From Neoechinorhynchus agilis (lineage: Eukaryota; Animalia; Acanthocephala): 64,000 nucleotides of DNA. Position numbers and translations under genes: made by a program. Below, piece by piece: positions 12,150 through 23,830 of the stretch. Under the pieces are notes generated by a model. The model did no database searches and was not told the DNA's origin. It saw only the letters and a program-made list of their open reading frames with translations. The stretch lies in NCBI GenBank assembly GCA_051530055.1, contig CM121341.1, positions 4,132,784 through 4,196,783 on the forward strand, given 5' to 3'. The first letter of the stretch is position 1, and each line of letters opens with the position of its first letter.

Positions 12150-12510
12150 TTCGCAGCCGATTAAGGCAAACGTCCCGATGGGATGACCATATTCCCGTGG
12201 AAAGAAGGAAAATGCCTTATCTGGGACGCCACATGCGTCGATTCGTTAGCACCCTCCAACCGAAGTGATGCAATATCAGGACCGGGAGGAGCTGCGACGG
12301 CGGCCGAACGGAGGAAGACAGCGAAATACGCTGAGCTGGAAAAGACTCACCTATTCCTTCCTTTCGGTGTGCTGACAAATGGGGCGTTTGGAGTTTCGGC
12401 AAAGAAATTCTGCGCGGAGATAGGCCGACTACTCATAAAAGCCAGCGGAGATCACAAAGGAACTACCTCATCCAACGCTTGAGTGTGGCTATTCAACGGG
12501 GCACGGCCCA
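12150..12510 (+). mobile_element. Second, divergent CRE-like 3' fragment in tandem
   Basis: RPDGMTIFPWKEGKCLIWDATCVDSLAPS...FLPFGV...AIQRG. Confidence 0.85.
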
Positions 12511-13034
12511 ATGGAGTGGCGCGGAATGAGGGATATAATGAAAACTAAAAGAATGAATTATAGAATAAGTTAACTGAATGCGTAATATTCGAAAAGTTCA
12601 ACTAAAATGTATGCCATCTTCTGAAAATTGAATTTCTTCAAATATAGGGGAAAATACTCGAAAAAACAAATGTGAGTTATGTGACTGTGCAATTTAAGTC
12701 ATAAATCTTAGCGGATATGAACAAGAACCACAATCTCGCCAAGCATTTAACCAATCACAGAAACTTTTACGAGATGATTTCATAAGAGATTCTGCTAATC
12801 ATTTGAAATGTAACTTTCACCGATAAGAAATAATAGATAACGTGATTTTAGAACAGTAATGTAGCCCGATTTTGGCAGATTTATCGTGAGATGATAAACC
12901 GTCGAATCGGGCATTCATTTTACGCCAGTTTTCTAACATTAGAATGAAAAATGGCGATGATTATGCGGTGAGCGCGGTATTTCATTTAAAAGCGTTTAAA
13001 GCTTTCAAAATGGTACGCTTTATTATTGAACAAA

Positions 13035-13205
13035 GAACAGGACCTATGTCCCCGTTTGGGTTCTCATGAACACTCGAGTTCTGATCGAATGAATCTGGCT
13101 ATTGATTTTGGAGTGGATTACGGGTCCGGTCGGGTAGGAATTGATGGTAATTCTTTGTAGGAGAGTTTGGGTGGTTGGTCTTTCCTCAGGTTCATAAAAT
13201 CCGAG
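13035..13205 (+). repeat. Dispersed non-coding repeat family with terminal hairpin (other copies ~16295-16500 -, ~16760-16800 -, ~19580-19650 -, ~24520-24790 -, ~41600-41790 +)
   Basis: Shared ggacc...tttgggtcctcatgaacactcgagtt and ggtctttcctc.ggttcat blocks; perfect GAGGACCC...GGGTCCTC stem at ~16763 and ~24760. Confidence 0.7.
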
Positions 13206-13261
13206 AAGAAAGTTTGCAAATTATTGCCGTAATTCAGACCGTCAAAATGTCCTTTTGAGCT

Positions 13262-15258
13262 TATTAATAAATTCCCAAGGTAGTCTCAAAAACACGAAAG
13301 AATCAACTGTTACGTCATATTATTAAAAATTATCACCAGATTTGTTATTGCCAAAACCAAAATCTATACTATTTACACTTTTTAGTCGAAAGAGTTCATT
13401 TCTGAAGCAAAGTTACTAAAGTCGAATATTTAATAGAATTTTAAACCTGAGCTCCCGCGAACAGAGAAAGCCCGATCAAAACATTGACGAGAGGAAAATC
13501 GAATTGTTCACGAGGCTCTATATTAATAAATTCCCAAGGTAGTCTCAAAAACACGAAATAATCAATTGTTACGTCATATTATTAAAAATTATCACCAGAT
13601 TTGTTAATGCCAAAATCTATACTATTTACACTTTTTGATCGAAAGAGCTCATTTCTGAAGCAAAGTTACTAAAGTCGAATATTTAATAGAATTTTAAACC
13701 TGAGCTCCCGCGAACAGAGAAAGCCCGATCAAAACATTGACGAGAGGAAAATCGAATTGTTCACGAGGCTCTATATTAATAAATTCCCAAGGTAGTCTCA
13801 AAAACACGAAAGAATCAATTGTTACGTCATATTATTAAAAATTATCACCAGATTTGTTAATGCCAAAATCTATACTATTTACACTTTTTGATCGAAAGAG
13901 CTCATTTCTGAAGCAAAGTTACTAAAGTCGAATATTTAATAGAATTTTAAACCTGAGCTCCCGCGAACAGAGAAAGCCCGATCAAAACATTGACGAGAGG
14001 AAAATCGAATTGTTCACGAGGCTCTATATTAATAAATTCCCAAGGTAGTCTCAAAAACACGAAAGAATCAATTGTTACGTCATATTATTAAAAATTATCA
14101 CCAGATTTGTTAATGCCAAAATCTATACTATTTACACTTTTTGATCGAAAGAGCTCATTTCTGAAGCAAAGTTACTAAAGTCGAATATTTAATAGAATTT
14201 TAAACCTGAGCTCCCGCGAACAGAGAAAGCCCGATCAAAACATTGACGAGAGGAAAATCGAATTGTTCACGAGGCTCTATATTAATAAATTCCCAAGGTA
14301 GTCTCAAAAACACGAAAGAATCAATTGTTACGTCATATTATTAAAAATTATCACCAGATTTGTTAATGCCAAAATCTATACTATTTACACTTTTTGATCG
14401 AAAGAGCTCATTTCTGAAGCAAAGTTACTAAAGTCGAATATTTATGAATTTTAAACCTGAGCTCCCGCGAACAGAGAAAGCCCGATCAAAACATTGACGA
14501 GAGGAAAATCGAATTGTTCACGAGGCTCTATATTAATAAATTCCCAAGGTAGTCTCAAAAACACGAAAGAATCAATTGTTACGTCATATTATTAAAAATT
14601 ATCACCAGATTTGTTATTGCCAAAATCTATACTATTTACACTTTTTGATCGAAAGAGCTCATTTCTGAAGCAAAGTTACTAAAGTCGAATATTTAATAGA
14701 ATTTTAAACCTGAGCTCCCGCGAACAGAGAAAGCCCGATCAAAACATTGACGAGAGGAAAATCGAATTGTTCACGAGGCTCTATATTAATAAATTCCCAA
14801 GGTAGTCTCAAAAACACGAAAGAATCAATTGTTACGTCATATTATTAAAAATTATCACCAGATTTGTTAATGCCAAAATCTATACTATTTACACTTTTTG
14901 ATCGAAAGAGCTCATTTCTGAAGCAAAGTTACTAAAGTCGAATATTTAATAGAATTTTAAACCTGAGCTCCCGCGAACAGAGAAAGCCCGATCAAAACAT
15001 TGACGAGAGGAAAATCGAATTGTTCACGAGGCTGTGTATTAATAAATTCCTAAGGTAGTCTCAAAAACACGAAAGAATCAATTGTTACGTCATATTATTA
15101 AAAATTATCACCAGATTTGTTATTGCCAAAACCAAAATCTATACTATTTACACTTTTTAGTCGAAAGAGCTCATTTCTGAAGCAAAGTTACTAAAGTCGA
15201 ATATTTAATAGAATTTTAAACCTGAGCTCCCGCGAACAGAGAAAGCTGATCAAAACAT
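13262..15258. repeat. Tandem array, ~253-bp unit, ~8 copies
   Basis: tattaataaattccc recurs at 13262, 13521, 13774, 14027, 14280, 14531, 14784, 15037. Confidence 0.97.
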
Positions 15259-15349
15259 TTCTTTTTATATTGATGTGCATTAGCAATTTCGGCGGTCGGA
15301 GAAACTTTGTTTTACATCGGAGAAGTAATGCTACCACTTAAACTTGGAT

Positions 15350-15700
15350 GAAACGTTAAGAGTTCGTACATCTCTCCGGATTCTCAGATACATCCCGGGG
15401 AGGTTGAATTATCTTTTCAACATTAATATATTCATAATTTGTTCCTTCAGTTCACCATCATAATTAAAAAATGCTGATATCAAAAGAAAACGTTGATAGA
15501 TATATTTTTTCCATACACGGCCAAATGGACACCCGCAGTCCACCAATTTCGGTCTGGGAACCGCTGGTCTGCGCTCATTGCCCCAAGACCGTAAAGAATG
15601 GGGAGGTGGGACTCATCAGTGAGTTTCCTCCCTTCAGCAGTATTTCGTTCGTGCGTCATTGGTGGTAACGGATTCGAACCAGTTGACCCTTAACTGGGAA
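15350..15700 (-). mobile_element. tRNA-derived SINE copy (5'-truncated)
   Basis: Reverse complement of 42305-42510; carries B-box GGTTCGAATCC. Confidence 0.75.
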
Positions 15701-16109
15701 AAAAGTCTCGAATCGTTTTTTACCTTTTTTTTTGAAACTAAAAAGTGTTATTTCATACGATTAAATTGTGAAAAACTATTTTCTCAAACATTATAATCTT
15801 TCCGCAAGGTTCTTTAGCCACAATAAAATGAAAAGTAACCAGAAAGCATTGATTGCACATTGATTGCAATGAATAATCAGCAAAGGATTCGAAACACTTT
15901 TATACAAATCAATGTCTGTCTCTAATCTGTTGTTAGAAAATGATTGTCATAACTTCCCGATACGGGTTTTCTCACTCGATTTTGTCGATTTCCTAAAGGA
16001 TCTTGCCAATTCACAAAATGATCCATGGGCCAAAATGCCTTTTCTTCACAATTTTTTTCATCTAGCAATAGTTTTATTTTTAATAGCAAAAGCAAAACAA
16101 CATTACAAA

Positions 16110-16290
16110 GCCTCTCCGCTCCTATTCATCGGCGCTGACCAAAATGCTGGCCGCATTGCCCCGCTGCACCGCAATGCTTATTTTTTTGCGCCAAGAACGA
16201 CGTCGATTTTGGCTCTCCAGTCGCCGCGTCGATTCGTTTCCCCAAGTCCTTCACGAGGGCTATTGCCGACCCTCCCAAGGCCCCATACGT
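16110..16290 (-). mobile_element. CRE-like 3' fragment
   Basis: Reads LVKDLGKRIDAATGEPKSTSFLAQK/ISIAVQRGNAASIL. Confidence 0.8.
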
Positions 16291-17029
16291 TTCTGAAATG
16301 AACCTGAGGAAAGACCAGCCTTACAAGCGTTCCTGCAAACAATATCCGCCAATTCCCGCCCGACCGAATATTGCCACCCGCCGGGACTCGTAATCCACTC
16401 CAAAATCAATGGCCACATTCATTCGATCAGAACTCGAGTGTTCATGAGGACCCAAACGGGGACATAGGTCCTTTTCTTTGAACATTAACAAACAAAACGT
16501 GTTGTTAAATGCGTTATATTCCAAAAGTTCATAGAATGTAACAGGATCATAATGACGATTCGTATCTTTTGATAGATTTTCTCTTTTCGAAATAAAAATG
16601 ATCGGGTTGTCTTCAGGCGTCGAAAAAAAAGGATTTTAAATCCGATATTTCCGCACAATCTCGTACGCGTTTATCAACATGGGGAATGGATCAATAATCA
16701 CTGTCCTAAGATTGAACCTAATAATGTAATAATAACACGTTTTATTAGAAGTCACAATGAAGAGGACCCATGTACCTTTGGGTCCTCATGCACCCTCGAG
16801 AGAGAACAAATGGATCTTTGTTTCGGGAATAGATGTCCGGTTTGTCCATAGAAGCGCGCCTGCACTTAGGTGAATCCGGACGAGAAATGGACGTCATGTC
16901 TGAAACTTTTCCAGCATCGTCCTTGATGTGTACGTATGCGTCGAGGAAGTCCATGGACAAAAATCGCTGACAAGATTCAATTTGCACTGGAAGCAACGTG
17001 GTTTAGATATGGAAGGTTTTAGGGGGCCA

Positions 17030-17620
17030 CACCATGTTCAAAGCACGTCTGAGAGTGCCACAGCATAGGTTTGTGTTCAAAGACCAGGTAGAAATATCTA
17101 TATCCTCGGTACCACTTATGTCCCGGACGGTTGAAAGGGGAAGGAATGGCGTTTTAGCAGACAATGCGGCGGCTAGTTCCGCCCATGTATCTTTGGTCTC
17201 TTGGCCTCACATCCTGATTTTATGATGCGCTCCATAGCAAGATACGAATGATCATCAGGGAATGGCAGTTCAACGTAGATCTCTTCCTTTTTAGACTTTG
17301 TCTCCCCATTGAAGGTTCGACAAGATGGAGAGGATAACCATATCGACCTGATATGTACTTTAGGTAACCAATCTCCTCGTTACACAACTTGGCGTTGCTA
17401 CAATGTGTAAGAGCACGGCGGATGAGTGACCTAATCCTCGAAATTTTGTATTTGCGAGGTTGGGCAGATGTCCATGGCACAAGGCCCACTGGTATACCTA
17501 TCTTTCGGTACACGCTGGTCGTGTAGTTTCCACTGGCTAATTGGTATATCCACACATCCAGGAACGGAAACTTACCATGGTCCTCCTCCTCGATCGGAGT
17601 CTCGAATGTTCCTCCGAAAA
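17030..17620 (-). mobile_element. Penelope-like RT remnant
   Basis: KFPFLDVWI...TSVYRK...SRIRSLIRRALTHCS...GYP. Confidence 0.8.
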
Positions 17621-17759
17621 CAATTGACTGAAGTTCAAGATAAATCTATTTTCTGAATCAAACATCGCTAATTGAAACTAAATCCGAATCTCAAATTTTA
17701 TATTAATGAGATTTAGAAAGTTCGTAGAATTCTTATAAAGTGAAAGATCTTTATTAAGC

Positions 17760-18188
17760 CTACTTTGTGACAATAATAGGCCCTACGTTATCACCGGTTT
17801 CTTTGTTCCACTTGGCATGACTTCCATCACAATATGGAAACTTCTTGGATTTCCAACACCGGCATAGAACAACCTTGTCTGATCGATTCTGCTCCATTCT
17901 ATTTGTTAGATCGTCAATGCTTTGACTGTGAACCACTTTATCTTTTTGAACGTCTATTGTTTCATTTATACGTCTAGTCACTTTTGAACAGCAGGCACGT
18001 CTTTGTAAAAGTCGAGAAATAGTGTATCCGGCCGCGTAGGTCACAAGGCCAGCACCAATCATCATTACAGTCAGTTCTAACCACTGATGCGTGCTTAGAT
18101 CCTTTATGTCACTTAAAGTTTCTGGAAGTTCGAAGTTAGCAATAAACGACGGTGTCATGGCTTGAAATATTTCTCCAAGGGAACGCAT
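17760..18188 (-). CDS. CISD2: CDGSH iron-sulfur domain protein (CISD2/Miner1-like), 142 aa, intronless CDS
   Basis: LCRCWKSKKFPYCDGSHAKWNKETGDNVGP; N-terminal lumenal segment plus TM helix as in CISD2. Confidence 0.92.
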   Translation of the reverse strand: MRSLGEIFQAMTPSFIANFELPETLSDIKDLSTHQWLELTVMMIGAGLVTYAAGYTISRLLQRRACCSKVTRRINETIDVQKDKVVHSQSIDDLTNRMEQNRSDKVVLCRCWKSKKFPYCDGSHAKWNKETGDNVGPIIVTK

Positions 18189-18549
18189 CTAGAAAAATTT
18201 GATGAAACCTTTTCACTACGCGTCGACGAATGAGCATTTAAACGATGTCAAAAGCGAAATTGTGAGTCTTTTTTTACTAAAACAAGTATCTCAATGGCAA
18301 TGTTGACTTTTTTGTCGGGTTTTTCAAATTTAGAAATTCTCCGTTTTCGGCACACGGCCGAGTCGTTAAATGTTTTAAATGAACCATTGAACGATGGGAA
18401 ATTTCTTTAAATTCAAGAGACAAATAAAACAATCACTGAATTTTTGTCAGATACCAAACTTTTTTATCTAATTTACAGGAAGTTAAAGAGGTCTGGATAT
18501 CTTGATGCTGTGCTTTATTCGCAATGTTCAAGTGCGAAAAAAACACTTG

Positions 18550-18955
18550 AACAATGACTAATGAGGAGAGGCTTCTTCGCGAAATATTTCGTAACAATAA
18601 AATACGTTTTAACCGAGAGTAAATTCACCACTATTTTAGCTTGAACACCCAGAAGATTTTCTTTATGTGATTGAATATTAAGTTAATCATATCAAGAAGA
18701 TCCTTCGGGATGATAAATATTGAATGTTGGTGAACATAATCCCTCCCTTTATTATTATGAAATATTTCGAAAAAGGAAACCTCCCTTCATCTGCTAATGG
18801 TGTACCTGTTTACCCGAGATTACAAGACTAAACAAATAAAAAGAACTACTCACATAAACTTTTTTTAGATGAATGAAGAGGCGAGGTTTCCTCTTTCGAA
18901 ATATTTTATAACAATAAGGGAATCTTTTAGCGGGATTATGTTAACCACCATTCAA
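18550..18955. repeat. Foldback repeat family with degenerate hammerhead cores (also ~32510-32720, ~41175-41345, ~45745-45880)
   Basis: Inverted arms ~18727-18790 and ~18867-18950. Recurring ctga(a/t)ga...gagg-nnn-cctc...gaaatattt(c)ataacaataa and atcaagaagatccttcggg. Confidence 0.7.
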
Positions 18956-19533
18956 AAATTAAGTTCAATGTTCACGGATTCTTGCTAGCGAATAAGGCGA
19001 GAACAAGGATTAGAATGAATGCGAAAAACGTCAAGACTAATCTTTTTGTCCGCATTTGCTTATCGGTTGTTGACCTTAGTAAAATGATGCCCGTTTTATA
19101 AGAAATCGTAATCTCGGCGCCTCCGATTCCTTGGATTATCATTCAAAGACCTTAAGTACTTCTATATGTCTGTGTCATCCTACCAACGCTCACCTACACG
19201 CATATCCAACCTTCTGCAATTTTTCTTCTAATCTATTCAAAAATTTAACACTGTTTCACAAGAGAACTGCGCTCTAATCTCCTCCTCCTGCCCTTAGAAA
19301 AACACCTCGCTCTAATCTTTCAAAAGCACTCAAATTGTCTTCATTCTCCTCCTCTTCAATTTCTACCTCTCATTTCTCCTTTTACTCACACAACACTCTT
19401 GGCCCCAGCATTTTCTATTTTTCATTTCATCGCACAAATCTGTACCTCCGCTCTTCCCCGCCGCTCAATCCTCCAAATGCGAATTGATTCGGAACTGACA
19501 AAAATCAAATAAACTAAAACTTAGTCAACTTAC

Positions 19534-20160
19534 CTAGGAAATATTTTTTCAGATCTCTGCACGAATCTTAAAGAAGTACCGAGATCATTCTTCTGCAAAT
19601 TCGAGTGTTCATGACTACCCAAAGATGCATGGATCCTTTTCTTTGTTAATTAATTAACAAACAAACGTGTTATTATATTATAATTTAAACCGAAGGTTAT
19701 AACGCTCCTATTTAATTCAAAACATTTATTTTCTCTACTAAAAATTAGGTAAATCTATTAGTCGACTTAATAAAAAATCAACTGCGTTGCTTCGAGAAAT
19801 CCGTACCTCAGTGTCTATAAATCTTTGATTTAAAAATCGATTTATGCTCTTATTAATAGTTTCAGTTTCGTACACGATCAAATTAAATTCCTATTGAAAC
19901 TTAAACCTCAAAAAGACAATGATTGTTCACCTGTTTCATTAGGAGCTGAAATCGAAGTTGAAAAGCGAGGTGGCATATTAAAATGATAAACGCATTTGGC
20001 CGTTATCTCTCATTAAATACCTTTTTCTTGCAGACATCTCCATGCAGCCACTGAGCGAATTCTTTAACAGGATTGCAAGTTCTGTTCAATCTTGCTAAAA
20101 CAGTCTAAGCATTAAGGATACAATTATAATTGAAAACCGTGATCCAAATAACACCCTGCA
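19534..20160 (-). CDS. Possible small exons of an unidentified multi-exon gene
   Basis: Several short segments bounded by polypyrimidine-AG and GT (e.g. exon ending CCTAG/GTAAGT at ~19535) can be joined to CYLDHARLNRTCNPVKEFAQWLHGDVCKKKLLMKQKNDLGTSLRF. No start, stop or homology established. Confidence 0.3.
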
Positions 20161-20357
20161 AAAAACTAATTTAACGTCTAGTTCAACGGTTTCCAAGGAA
20201 GTCATCAAACGCTTTAAACTGTTATTTCCAATTCAGCTTTCTCAAAATTTTTTAAAAGCATTTTCAGTGTATACTGAATGTAACTAAAGGTCTATTAACA
20301 TTCGTCACAATATCACGCCTTCTGAATGTTTTTGTCTAAAACGCTTACAACCTCTAA

Positions 20358-20606
20358 TTTATCTATTGATGATTGTTTGATTGACAATCCGACTGAAAGA
20401 GAGTTTATTGAAACACCTAGCTTTCGCCGTCCAACGGCTTCTTCAGGGTGTAATTGCTTGTAAGTTTTTAAATGTCTCGAACATTTAAAAATTTAAAAAC
20501 TTACAAGCAATTACACCCTGAAGAAGCCGTTGGACGGCGAAAGCTAGGTGTTTCAATAAACTCTCTTTCAGTCGGATTGTCAATCAAACAATCATCAATA
20601 GATAAA
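20358..20606. repeat. Perfect long palindrome, 116-bp arms, 17-nt spacer
   Basis: 20358-20473 is the exact reverse complement of 20491-20606 by inspection. Confidence 0.97.
20513..20551 (+). ncRNA. Minimal type I hammerhead ribozyme (PLE-type); mirror copy at 20413-20451 on the minus strand
   Basis: ACACC-CTGAAGA-A-GCCGT(TGG)ACGGC-GAAA-GC-TA-GGTGT: core CUGANGA/GAAA, 5-bp stem II, 5-bp stem I, loopless palindromic stem III (AGCU), CUA cleavage triplet; AATAAA follows. Confidence 0.8.
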
Positions 20607-20742
20607 ACATGCGACTGAACAACCAAGCAGCGCTTAGTAATCTCACCTCTAATTTAGATAAAATCCGCTTAAAGTGCAAAAATCTCCATCGGTCGAAAAA
20701 TTCCAAGTGTTTAAATTTGCACAAGCAAACCAAATCTGCAGT

Positions 20743-21498
20743 TTAATAGTCCTGAAGCATAAGCGATGCGCCACAACCGAATTCGGGACAATGTAGAGGT
20801 TTGACATTTTCTGTAGTGTCTTCTACAGCATTGCTGGAATTGAGCCAACTGGCATCATTTTGAATCCAGGCAAATACATGAAAGTCATGGTTCTGATGTT
20901 GAGCAAGTGACATTAAATCTTGTCTAGCTAAAATGGATAAACTAAGACTACAATTGGAAGACGATACAGGAGTCATAAAGTGGATGACGGACAAGACGTC
21001 TCTACCCAAACGAAGAACATTTGATTGTAAAAAGACCGTCCCAATCACATGTTTGTCGTGACACGATTTTTCGATTGAATCAATAACCAAGTGACGATTC
21101 GGTGAAGGCTCACAGAGTGGAGTAGAGATTTGAAAATTAAGAATATAAGACCGTAAAGAGGTTGAACCTTTTTGTAGAGTACATTTAACGCTTTTTAATC
21201 CATTGAGTCGAATCAGATACCGAATAGTCTCGCAGAAATTATCAACGAACAAAGTAACATCGTCCTCTCCAACGCAATGCATTACAAGGCCTCCAAATCG
21301 AATTTTTCCTTCAAAACGATCACGCGGGTACACCCTCTCGGCAAAAAGTATCGCGTGAATCGCACAAACGTAGAATTCAACGCTGATTCCAACGAGAATA
21401 TCTTTAACTTCTGCCGCACTCATATTAGCATTATTCACCAGTAATGTGAGATTTTCTCTCTTCTCTGCTCTGTCGCTCTGAACATGATCGTTTCTCAT
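20743..21498 (-). CDS. MAD2L2: HORMA-domain protein, REV7/MAD2L2-like, 251 aa, intronless CDS
   Basis: EFYVCAIHAILFAERVYPRDRF matches the HORMA N-terminal EFxxxAxHxILYxRxVYP..F; overall layout resembles REV7 more than MAD2. Confidence 0.7.
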   Translation of the reverse strand: MRNDHVQSDRAEKRENLTLLVNNANMSAAEVKDILVGISVEFYVCAIHAILFAERVYPRDRFEGKIRFGGLVMHCVGEDDVTLFVDNFCETIRYLIRLNGLKSVKCTLQKGSTSLRSYILNFQISTPLCEPSPNRHLVIDSIEKSCHDKHVIGTVFLQSNVLRLGRDVLSVIHFMTPVSSSNCSLSLSILARQDLMSLAQHQNHDFHVFAWIQNDASWLNSSNAVEDTTENVKPLHCPEFGCGASLMLQDY

Positions 21499-21511
21499 CT
21501 AAAATTTGTTC

Positions 21512-21595
21512 CACTGAAGGGAGGAAACTCACTCAGGAGTCCCACATCCTCAGGAGGTGTCTAAGAATCCGAAGGGATGTATAAAACTCAGTCCA
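21512..21595 (+). mobile_element. Internal fragment of the tRNA-derived SINE
   Basis: ctgaagggaggaaactcact..gagtcccac and gg.tgt.tct.agaatcc...gatgta..aactc match blocks of the 15350-15700 copy. Confidence 0.65.
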
Positions 21596-22109
21596 AGTAG
21601 AAATTCGCTTTTGCCACTGAATGTTCAGTTTATACTTATTTTAGAGCCGCATTGATTGATCAATTTTTTTGTTTTCGAAAATGGACATAAGTGAAGCATA
21701 AAGACGGCAAAAGCTAGGAAATAAAGATTCTATCATTACAACCACCCGTCCAATTGTCAATTTAAAAACTTGACTTTTTCGTACGCACTAAAACCTCTTA
21801 AGAACGTCTCAGAAAACGCGGATCTTCTTCTAAGATAGGCGTTCGTATTTAAAATGATTCGCTAGACATCAGTTAAAATATTCAAATAAGTCTCAATGGC
21901 GGTTTTGAGGACCTTTTTTCGTGGGTTAAAGTGGGAAAATGACGAGAACTAATTGCAAAAAAAACTTAGTAACTGTATTGATTTTGATCTAATTCTTTCG
22001 ATTTATGAGAAATCGCTAACTATGTTGAAAGTGCGTTGCTTAAAACAGTTGGCAGTCTACTCAGGAGCTTAATTTGTTGTTTAAATGTTGATGGAAATGT
22101 GATTTGTAT

Positions 22110-22700
22110 TTAATATGTTAACCATTTTCTTACCTTTATAATTTCAGCGTTCAACATATAGAGAAGTTTTTTGATAAACAACAACATTTCTTTGAACTTT
22201 TCTCTCACTTGAGAGGTCGTTCTTTTCAGCCCTGTCGGTTTTCGTCTTTGTTCTGCTTTCCCAGCGTCTTGAAATCTCCGTTCACACTGTCCTTCCACCT
22301 CTTTTTGGGCCTCCCTCTTCTCGTTTTCCCCTCGAGCTGCGTCTTCATCTGCTTGTGTGACCTGAGCGATCCGCCTCTTAGCGATTGCCTCCTCGATCAG
22401 CTCGGCAACAAACAGCTTTCGCACCTCCTCATTGGGCACTCGATCCTTGCGTGTCAATCCTGCGGACCATCTCAGCATCCGCATTTCGTTGACGGCTAAT
22501 AGTTGAACGTCTTCCTTCTTCGTATCCAACTTCTCCGCTCCGTGGAGCATGGCGGATCGTACTACTTCCTTGTACACCCGCCGTTTAAGCTTGTTCGGGA
22601 GACGCTTACAAGCCCGGACAAATTGGGATGGTTGGCGTAAGGAAGGGCATAATAATTGATTTATTTGATAATTTTCGGCTTTCGCGTAGACCTTCTTTAA
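22110..22700 (-). mobile_element. RTE-clade LINE 3' remnant
   Basis: LKRRVYKEVVRSAMLHGAE...EMRMLRWSAGLTRKDRVPNEEVR...RGENEKR. Confidence 0.85.
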
Positions 22701-23209
22701 TCTATCTAAAATGCACCCAAGAAGCACTCAATTTGGTTTATCCGATGGGATCCGCAGATTGAGTGTGTAATCTGCTTTCGCAACAAAGGTGCATTCGAAT
22801 TCCTGGAAGGCTCTTCTTGAAGAATTTAAATTGAAAAGAAAAGGCAATACTATAATAAATCGCCGTAAAACCTTTATAATAAACGAGTTAATCAGATTCT
22901 TTTTAATATTTTTAATAAATTTAAATGAGAACTTTCTGCGACTAAATTCATTAATCCAAAGGTCCGCAAGATTATGTGTTGATGAACAAATTGTGCTTAA
23001 AGTGATTTTAACAATGCTTCTTTGTTAGATAACGAGCACCAGAATCACAGGTTGAAACAAGCCGCAAAATAGTTCAGTCTTTTCTTGGCGAGAATTACAC
23101 TTTGGATGAGGACTTCGTGGAGGCTCTTAATCTATGGTGTTGAGATTCCGGTAGCGAGCAAGTTTGCAAACGATCAGTTGGATACTCATTTCTGGAAACG
23201 AGAATTCAC

Positions 23210-23830
23210 AACTCTTTAATTTCAGATTCTCGTGACCTAGTGAACCAAACTCCATTGGCGGCAGTCTCTACAAGAGAATCAGGTGCTTGGCTCAACGCTC
23301 TCCGAATCGCTTCTGTGGGTACCCTCCGACGACAAAGTAAGGATTGCATTGCCCCTGTGACTTGGGGTACCGATTCGCTGCCGTTGCGGAACGACCGTGG
23401 AACCGTCGGGACGAAATGGTCTCGTCTGTCACTCACGACACGCCGAAATGAACGCAATTCGCCAGCCGAGCAATCTTCACCGACTCGATGGTCGTAGACT
23501 GGACGGTGTCACAGTATTCCCGTGGCAAGAAGGAAAATGCCTTCTCTGGAACGCCATTCGCAGCCAGCAACATAATATTCGCCACTATTAAACCGGAGGG
23601 GGAGCAGAGGGACTTGGATCGAAATCATTATTTCGTTCCCTTTGGCGTCGAGACACTCGGGTCGTTTGCTAACGCGGCGAAGGACCTGGTCAAACAATTG
23701 TCCAAGAAACTTTGACGAATCACTGGCGATCCGAGATTATCAGCATTCCTCCTACAATAATAGTCAACGGGGAGAACGCTGCATCCGTCCCTTCGACCAT
23801 TACAAAATGGGCGGCAGTTGAGTGATTCAA
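23210..23830 (+). mobile_element. CRE-like 3' fragment
   Basis: STRESGAWLNAL, RHAEMN, DGRRLDGVTVFPWQEGKCLLW, YFVPFGVETLGSF, QRGERAAS. Confidence 0.85.

Noticed and set aside
13262-15258. Regular arrays (also 56353-58847) as CRISPR or as tandem hammerhead retrozymes
   Set aside because: Whole units repeat with no unique spacers, there are no cas genes and the host is eukaryotic. No CTGANGA...GAAA core with stems was found in either unit on either strand.
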